This document shows, piece by piece, positions 55,441 through 64,000 of a stretch of DNA of 64,000 bases. Source of the DNA: the human T2T-CHM13v2.0 reference genome, Homo sapiens. Numbering within the stretch: the stretch's first letter is position 1; every line of letters starts with the position of its first letter. Both the position numbers and the translations under genes were made by a program. Where the stretch lies: assembly GCF_009914755.1 (NCBI RefSeq), contig NC_060927.1. One strand, 5' to 3'. Under the pieces are notes generated by a model. The model saw only the letters and a list, made by a program, of their open reading frames with translations, was not told the origin of the DNA and made no database searches.

Positions 55441-57016
55441 GCCATATGGACCCTGGAGCAGGAAGATGACTGAGGATCCAAGGCAGCTTTGGAAGCCTTA
55501 GTAGAGGAGTTTACAGGTCTTTTCTTATTTTCAACAGGAAGAATTAGCCTCTTATTTTTAATTTGTGGTTTTTCTCACAATGATGTAATGACCTCTCTGG
55601 CTTCCTCTAAATTATGACTTTCCTGATATAACTACAGCACTAATCAAAAAAAACCCCGTTTCCAAGAATCTGATGACTTATTTTAGTCAATTGTGCCAGG
55701 TGGATGACCACTTTCTGGATTGGCTTCTCTGGGGCAGGTGCCCATCTGTAATCTTATCAGTTATGACAAGAGGAGGAAAGAAGTACAAGAAAGAAAAAAT
55801 GACCTTAGAAGTAGCTATGGTTAGAGCAACCCTGTAAAAGTGGGAACATGAAAAACACCTCCTGTATATCTACCACATCTTTCCTTTTAGCCTGCAAATG
55901 CCTGAGGGAGCAGCTCCTGGAACTCCCACTGTTTCACAGAGTGCTGACCTCTACATAGATACTCAACAGATACTGTTTGGTAGAATGATATTCTTAGCAG
56001 GTGGGAGTTTTGTTAGGTATTCCTCCCATTGAAAGCAGCTCTGGGGTATGTGTGAATTGCTGAAAATGGTTTTATAAAAGGAAAACATTTCAATCAGAGG
56101 ATCTAACCTGAATGTTTCCATACGAATGATGATTATGTTCTCTTTATAAAGCAATCCTCAATTATTGTAAACTTTCTTTTTATCTCATTTGGAGGTAGAG
56201 AAAAGATATTTTAGTGTCAGAAATAAAGATTTGACATATAGAACAACTACATTTTGATGAAATCCTTTCATTTCTGGAAGAACTAGACTGATTATTTTAC
56301 ATACAGAGGTTTTGTTTGGTCAAGTACAGAAATAGTTCAAATATTTCTATGGGAAACAAGAAAAAGAAAAGGTCTTATGACTTTTCTTTGGAGAATGCCA
56401 AATTGACAGGTTGCCCCCACTCCCTCCCACCTTCCATCTAATCTATCTTTGAACTTAGCCAAAGTAGAAAAGAACATTGTAAAAACCTTCAGGGTTTAGT
56501 TCATAGCTGAGGCAATGAGCTCAGAGCTCTGCTCTTTGGTGGTTCCATCTGAACTGTCACCTCAGGAACGAACAACTTACAAAACATGCTTTGGATCCTA
56601 AGGGGTTTGGGTGAGAGGAAGAAGATGAATAAATGGAAATGGATTCTCACCACTGGAGAAAAAATTAGAAGTGCATGCCTTGCCAATGGTGGGTGGCAAC
56701 ACCATCCTTCTATGTGAAGAGCATCATAATAAAGACTATTTCTTTTGGGAATTCTATAATTCTTGAGTTCTACCTTTTTGCCATCTATGTTCAAGGTAGC
56801 CTTCAGTGAGGACTGTCCACCAGAACTGTTTTATTTAAGTACATATAACACAACAAAACTCTAGAAAAGAAAACCAATTATTCTTAGGCAATTGTCAATG
56901 TTGTCATGACCACACAATTCTATGCTCATGTCTTTCTGCTGTAGTGTAAGACAGAACACATACCTTTCATTTTATGACAAAATCTTGAGTATTAAATTGT
57001 GTTTTATTATATGCAG

Positions 57017-57156
57017 GCTTATTGAGCAAATGGAGACTTATTCCTTGTCTTTGGGTAATCAATCAGTGGTGGAACCTAACATAGCAATACAGTCAGCAAA
57101 TTTCTCTTCAGAAAATGCGGTGGGGCCTTCAAATGTTCGCTTCTCTGTGCAGAAAG
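57017..57156 (+). CDS. ADGRG7: ADGRG7 exon 7 (LIEQMETYSLSLGNQSVVEPNIAIQSANFSSENAVGPSNVRFSVQK)
   Basis: Acceptor atgcag|G, donor AAG|GTGAGC, 140 nt, phase 2-1. Confidence 0.93.
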
Positions 57157-57276
57157 GTGAGCTGTTAATCTTATGTGCTTGTAACAGCAAAGAGCATTCT
57201 GCTACTGATGATGAATAATAATGCTCTACTCATGATAATGTAGACTTTTACAATTCTACTCTTTCCCTTCTCATAG

Positions 57277-57384
57277 GAGCTAGCAGTTCTCTAGTTTCTA
57301 GTTCAACATTTATACATACAAATGTGGATGGCCTTAACCCAGATGCACAGACTGAGCTTCAGGTCTTGCTTAATATGACGAAAA
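57277..57384 (+). CDS. ADGRG7: ADGRG7 exon 8 (GASSSLVSSSTFIHTNVDGLNPDAQTELQVLLNMTK)
   Basis: Acceptor ctcatag|GA after a 120-nt intron, donor A|GTAAGT, 108 nt, phase 1-1. Confidence 0.93.
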
Positions 57385-58347
57385 GTAAGTCTCAAACTTT
57401 GTGACATTTAAAAAAATGGACTCGAATTCATGGAACTAATAACTTCTAATTTACTCTAGGAGAAATAATGTCTACTTAGTTTCATACTGAGTAATTTGCA
57501 TTTGAGTAAGTTTGAGCTCTGACATATTATGGTAATCTCAACTCTACTATTCTAAGTCAAAAAGATAATTTCTTTGTTTTTTCTTTTTTCAAAAGCCTTT
57601 TGGAAGGTAGCAGAATTGAAATGTTCAGGCCATGTACACAAATATGTTTTCCTACAAAAATCTTGCTAAGGTGGTTCTGTTTTACACTTACAAATTTAAG
57701 ACATATTCAATCACAAGCTCTGACCATGTTTACTAGTGGCATGACACTCTCAGGCTCAGATGCATCCTGCAGACCTAACCCTGGAGAAGTCTATGTAATT
57801 GGCACAGACATCATTTAGTAGTATCAATTTTAGGTTATCTCCTCTCTGTGGTGCCCACCATGTGCTCACTATTGTCCTACATATAACCTTTCAGAAATTC
57901 TTACATGTAACTTGAAGTGGTTGTATTTTTCAAAATCTAAAAAAAAAAATAAGTAAATCAAACACACACACTTACTTTTCATTTCTCCCCAAGCAAAAAA
58001 ACCCGATGTCAGAAAGTATATGTGTTAGATAGAATATATTTATAATAGCACTAAAAAAGAAGAGAGTATTATTCGTGAATCTGGCACTCTGGAATTTTGC
58101 TCTCATTTGCTTTGGCCACATGCTTTGTGATGGTAGAGACTAGATCTAAGTCTTCTATCTTCTTGTGCATTTTTTCTTTTAATTTAAAAATACTTCATGC
58201 ATACAGAAAAGTACAGAAAGTAATGTGAACAGTACCTATGTAACTATCAGCCAGGTAAACAAATATCAATTTTTCCTATATTTGCTTCAGATCTCTTTAA
58301 AAAAGAGAGAGACAATATTACAGTTGCACCTGAAGCCCTCTACCTCA

Positions 58348-58580
58348 CGAATCACTGCAGCCTCAACCTCCCAGGAGGAAGCAATCCTCCAGCCTCAGCC
58401 TCCCAAGTAGGTGGGACTATAGGAGCCCTGCTAATTAAAAAAAAAAAAAATTAAATTTTTTTTGTAGAGACAGAATCTCGCTATATTGCTCAGCCTGGTC
58501 TCAAACTCCTGGGCTCAAGTGATCCTCCTGCCTCAACCTCTTAAAGTGTTGGGATTATAGCCATAAGCCACTCTGCCTAG
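58348..58580 (-). mobile_element. Partial AluJ-like element
   Basis: tcactgcagcctcaacctcccagg...tttgtagagacagaatctcgctatattgctcagcctggtctcaaactcctgggctcaag. Confidence 0.8.
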
Positions 58581-59696
58581 TCTCATTCTTTTATTTTTAA
58601 AGAAAGAATAAAAAGAAACCTTGCTCCATTATTAGGGTTAACTTTTCATTTAGGGTCCAGGAGAAACAATTTGGTGATGTCAATGTACTGTGAACAAAAG
58701 ACAGCAACCCATCCCTTTCTCTCCAGGTAGAGGCTCCAACAATGGCCACAGAGGAGGACAATTTGGGGGCTGTCGGGGCCTTGCCTGTCTCCCTCTCAAA
58801 TCAGATGACTGAATACTCTGGTCTCACACCACAATGTTTTCCTTTTATCACTTGTGAAAGACAACAGAGTTTAGGAAATTAATTCAGTTAAAATGTATAC
58901 TGTTGACGCTTCTGCTGTTTTAAATATGCCAACAGTTGTATAAGGTGTTAGGAGGCAGTCCTGGTTCTCTTTGACTGCTGCCACCAACGGGCTGGGTGCC
59001 AAACCCTCCACAGCAGCGATGGTCTTTCAGGATCTTTGATGAACAGCTGATTCCTTTTTCCAATGTCCAGAAGATGTTTCACAGTAGACTGCTAGCCTTG
59101 GGAGAAGCCCATGATTGTCATGACACAGAGCAGGGGACAATAGTTGAAGAGATGGTGAAGAGTGCCTGCCTCAAAAACTCCACAGAAGTGACTTGAGCTC
59201 CTTGCTCTGTGACTTAACACCACTTGTCCCCTTTGAACAGGAGACCGACCTCATCTGGGCTTAGCCATCCTGGTGTCCCAAGCTTTGCTATTTCCTGTCT
59301 CATATTTTATCATTGCAGGAGGTAACATGGGCTGGAGCTACCCACATGTTGTGTTCACTCTCTCCATCTCTCATGTATAAAGCAAGACGTTTACTTTATA
59401 TATGAGATCTTTGCAATACCTTTTTGAGGTGGACTAGGCAGAAATTCTCGTTCCTGTGTAGAAGGTAAGGAAACTGAAGCTCAGAAAAAAAAAAATTAAT
59501 GTGGGTGGAATGGCCCGCCATAGGTTATATGTGTTACTTACATATTGCAATTAAGTAAAGGTTCAACCAGTAAACCATTTTTACTGTACTTTACTCAAAT
59601 ATTAAGCAGCCATGCACTTCTACAATAACGTGACATATTGTTTTTTGTTTACCTTACAGTGCACTTATTGATTTTAATGTCTTTTTCTCCCTATAG

Positions 59697-59860
59697 ATTA
59701 CACCAAGACATGCGGCTTTGTAGTTTATCAAAATGACAAGCTTTTCCAATCAAAAACTTTTACAGCTAAATCGGATTTTAGTCAAAAAATTATCTCAAGC
59801 AAAACTGATGAAAATGAGCAAGATCAGAGTGCTTCTGTTGACATGGTCTTTAGTCCAAAG
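59697..59860 (+). CDS. ADGRG7: ADGRG7 exon 9 (NYTKTCGFVVYQNDKLFQSKTFTAKSDFSQKIISSKTDENEQDQSASVDMVFSPK), GAIN subdomain B
   Basis: Acceptor ccctatag|AT, donor AAG|GTGAGT, 164 nt, phase 1-0; GAIN-typical VVYQNDKLF motif. Confidence 0.94.
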
Positions 59861-60320
59861 GTGAGTTTTTCATTGCAGATGCAAGAAAAAAGTGTCCTCA
59901 TGCTTTCTTTCTGATGGTGGCAGCTGAGACTGAGTAGAGTAATACAGGGGAAGAAGAGAATAGGAGGGCGGGGGGGAGGGTTTTCCATGAACAGAAATAA
60001 TAAAAATTCAGACCACTCTTGAATAGCAAAAGCAGGGATATGTTGAATAAAAGAAATCTATAGCAAAACTCTTCAAAAGGTTCTTTGATGTATCCATTTG
60101 AATATCCCTCCCAACCATATCTGTTGTCAAACTAACTAAATGCAAAGTTAACTAATTTAAATTTTATCTCCTTTTTTCCCTCTCCTTAATCATAATGAAT
60201 ATGCTGATGCTTAGTATATATTTAATTCATTTCTCAGATGACTGTCTTATACTACTTGATTTTTTTTAACCCAATTAAGTATTTAGAAACAGTAATTGTA
60301 ATTGTCTTATCAATTCATAG

Positions 60321-60476
60321 TACAACCAAAAAGAATTTCAACTCTATTCCTATGCCTGTGTCTATTGGAATTTGTCAGCGAAGGACTGGGACACATATGG
60401 CTGTCAAAAAGACAAGGGCACTGATGGATTCCTGCGCTGCCGCTGCAACCATACTACTAATTTTGCTGTATTAATG
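60321..60476 (+). CDS. ADGRG7: ADGRG7 exon 10, GPS motif (YACVYWNLSAKDWDTYGC...CRCNHTTNFAVLM)
   Basis: Acceptor tcatag|TAC, donor ATG|GTAAGG, 156 nt, phase 0-0; classic GPS C..W...W...GC...C.C.H..NFA.LM. Confidence 0.96.
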
Positions 60477-60629
60477 GTAAGGATATACATAGCAATCTCT
60501 TTCCAGATGAGAATTTTCCTTATACACAATTCTAGTAGGTGCTCCTTGGAGATAACTTTGGGATTTAATTTACATAGATTCTCAACTCAGATTAAATAGA
60601 AAAACAAGAAATAAAATAATGGGACTTAA

Positions 60630-61064
<435 letters not shown>

Positions 61065-62932
61065 TCAACTAACTCACACGTTCTGAAGCATAAAGTTGTT
61101 ATAGCCAGAGGTAAAGCTGTATAGCTGTGTGTCAGAGACAGGTTCAATATTTACTTAGCTGTATGTGGACAGTTTAAATCAGTTACCCAAAGCTTTTCCC
61201 AATGAAATTGCTCAGGTTACTAAGTTTTTGCTAGAAGATATAAAAGAAAAACTCTGTAATCCCTTCAATTTGTCCCCTAGTTTCTCCGTGTATTCCTTAA
61301 TTCTTTTACCTCTAAAGCTATACTGTGCAAGTAACTGATAATACTTAGCTCTGGCGTGCAGCTGTGCATGCGTCTCTCAAGGTTCTTGTGCTGACCTTTG
61401 TAAGAAGAGGGGCTTCTTCTGTATGTTCTATTTCCAGAAATCTATTATTCCGGTGAAACAAAAAAAAAGTTAGTTTATATACTTGATGGAATGTTTTTTA
61501 TACACAATGGAATGGGGAATTATGAAGAGTGTTCTTCTCCTTAGTAAGGGACTATTAATGCTATGAATCTCCCAAGGAGAAGCAGATGTTTTCATTCCCC
61601 AGTAGCTATAATATAGCCATATTTGGGAAGCCAGTGGAGACTGGTAGAACATACTGGTATAGCTTGCATTATCAAAGCACAGAACCTTGCTTTTTAAAAC
61701 TTTTTGAGATAACTGTAGTTTTCTCATTTTAATTATAAAAGCTCTCTTATTCAAATTCATTTGGATTATTTTTTTTCTAACTTGTATTACAGAGAGATCT
61801 GCCTTCTCAATCAGGAGATACAGGAGAAAAATTTAACTTTTTGATATCTTAAAGTCATAGGATCATTGATGAGCTATGTAAAGCTCAGGTTGCTATACAT
61901 GTTAAATGATATAGTTTACTTTATTATAGTTATCTTTTCCCTTTCTTGAGGTTAGGCTTTCAGCTATTTTTTCTCATTAGTATCTGACTGTCTCAATGTC
62001 TACGTACCTACACTTGTAATTAGTTTTGGTTTGCATTATTTTTTTAAATGGCTGATTAAAATTGCATGTAAAGTAAGAGCAAATCGGCTCTGAGTGAAAA
62101 TATTATTTTTAAAATCTGAAGACCTATGAATCTTATGATCCTTTTTGCATCTACTTAGTACACTACGCATAAGAAATAACATAAAATTTTTGTTTTATTT
62201 TTAAATGTGTATTTTGTTTTTATTTTATTTCTATAAAAGCAATACACAGGCATTGCATAAAGCATGAAAGTATACACCAAACAAAAATATACTGATATGG
62301 AAAAATGTTTATGAAAAAGTAAAATGGCAATTCAAGCATAATGCTATTATGTTAGCAAACCCCTGTATGTTTGTGTAAGAGACATAGATAGTATTTTTAA
62401 GTATGTAAGAAAAAAAGACAGGCTCTCAAGAGGTAGGTATGGTGTGGGGTAGCAGGCAGTATAAAGGAACATATGCTTCTTTATTATGCCTCTATATTCC
62501 TTTCATATTTTACAAATAAGTATACATTGCTTTTCTAATTTTAACAACTTAAAAAAATCAGAAAGTACAGATAAGCAAAATGAACTATACATATCCAACC
62601 CACCCTGTGACCACCACCACTACCTCACCAGATTTCTAAGATTACATACTCATATGGTACATATTTTCATATATATATACACACGCAAACATGTTGAGAG
62701 ATATATAGCTATATTACATAAAAATAAGGCTTCCTTTAAAAAATTAACAGGGTATGAGCATCTTTCCATATTTATGAAAATATTTCTGCAACTTTATTTT
62801 TAGTGCATCAATTTAGATATACTTAGAGTCCAGTTACACATAAAAATAATGTCATGAATAAGTGAGGCAACTTTTGACAATTTAGATCTAATTCAAACAA
62901 TTTTGATTTTAGACATCAAGGAAAAGTATAAA

Positions 62933-63212
62933 TAGTTGACTTGTGAACCACATGGGACAGTATGGGTCCACTTAATATGTGGATTGTTTTCAATAAAAAA
63001 GTCTGCCCTCCACATTGGCAGGTTCTGCATCCATGAGGAAACGTAGATGGAAAATAACAGTATTTTCAGAGTGCAAAACTGGTATATGCAGGTCAGCTTT
63101 CCACATCAGCAGGTTGCACAGGACCAACTGCAGGACTTGAGTATCCATGGCTTTTGGCATCTGCAAGTTGTTCTGAAACCAGTCCCCCTGCAAATACCAA
63201 GACATGACTGTA
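62933..63212. mobile_element. Tigger-derived MITE (MER2/MER8 group)
   Basis: tagttgacttgtgaaccacatggg...gggtccactt...gaaaccagtcccc...atgactgta, with TA-flanked ends. Confidence 0.6.
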
Positions 63213-63449
63213 TATTTTTCCTTAACTGAATTAGTTAGATAATTATTCTCAAGCCTGTATACTTCAGGTAAACTGCTCAGCAATAAGGGGTTAATGTATT
63301 TCGCTTTTAAATATATCATGAGCTTTACAAAAGGAGGATATATCTGGCAACTGTCTGGTTATTTTGACCCATGTAACTCTGTGATGTTGACTTTCATTAA
63401 CACTTCAGGGATGACTAATTAAAAATATGAGTCTTACCTTGTTTTTCAG

Positions 63450-63562
63450 ACTTTCAAAAAGGATTATCAATATCCCAAATCACTTGACATATTATCCAAC
63501 GTTGGATGTGCACTGTCTGTTACTGGTCTGGCTCTCACAGTTATATTTCAGATTGTCACCAG
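63450..63562 (+). CDS. ADGRG7: ADGRG7 exon 11, linker and TM1 (TFKKDYQYPKSLDILSNVGCALSVTGLALTVIFQIVT); gene continues beyond the window
   Basis: Acceptor tttttcag|ACT, donor AG|GTAAGA, 113 nt, phase 0-2; adhesion-GPCR TM1 motif L..LS.VGC.LS. Confidence 0.95.
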
Positions 63563-64000
63563 GTAAGAGCAGAAGCAGGCTCTTTTCAGAAGAGAAATTG
63601 CTGTCTTGATATAATTTACTCTGAGAATTCTCATGAGTAGTGTCTTTGAACTAGGCAAGAACTCAGAGAGGTACTTATTTTACAGAGGAGGACATTTAGG
63701 CCTGGAAAGGCTAAGAAATACACACAAATAAATACGTAATTACAAATTGTGGCAAGTGCCTTGAAAGAAAATTATATGCCACTTATTTACAAGTTTGTCA
63801 TGTAAAATTTATGTGGTCCTGCAGCTCATTAATGCTATAATTCCTCAGTGCTGAATAGAACCATGCCTATCAATTTGTATTTGTTAAGGAAAGAGACATT
63901 GCAAACAGCAATTTTTTAAAAAAGTAATTTAAAAAATATATCAAGCTTTCAAATGGTGAAACGTTTTTCAAAAATATAGTTTTCAAATGGTGAAAGTTTT

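Noticed and set aside
63947-64000. Direct repeat tttcaaatggtgaaa(c)gtttt x2
   Set aside because: Truncated by the window edge; probably a small local duplication.

Overview
This is primate (almost certainly human) genomic DNA, not microbial. The window holds about 23 kb of repeat-dense upstream sequence and then coding exons 1-11 of the adhesion GPCR gene ADGRG7 (GPR128) on the + strand. The ATG is at 23609. Every exon is bounded by GT/AG, and the exons join in frame to 1379 nt (459 codons + 2 nt): N-terminal hydrophobic segment, EGF-like module, GAIN domain, GPS and TM1. The gene continues past the right edge. Almost all other ORFs in the track are L1, Alu, LTR or microsatellite artefacts. 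I found no convincing wholly new biological system. The most interesting signals are: (1) an anchor-like N-terminal helix and a non-canonical H-T-T GPS in the receptor; (2) an AG|GTAAAG recursive-type acceptor on symmetric exon 5; (3) a duplicated hairpin/AATAAA cluster at the exon 4 acceptor; (4) a twin-primed L1PA with visible priming microhomology; (5) an 11-kb nested transposon stack containing templated duplications and a possible orphan retrocopy or transduction; and (6) a co-oriented LTR6-type solo LTR plus CTCF and HNF4/CDX/GATA motifs upstream. Repeat subfamily names come from recalled consensus sequences and need RepeatMasker/Dfam confirmation.
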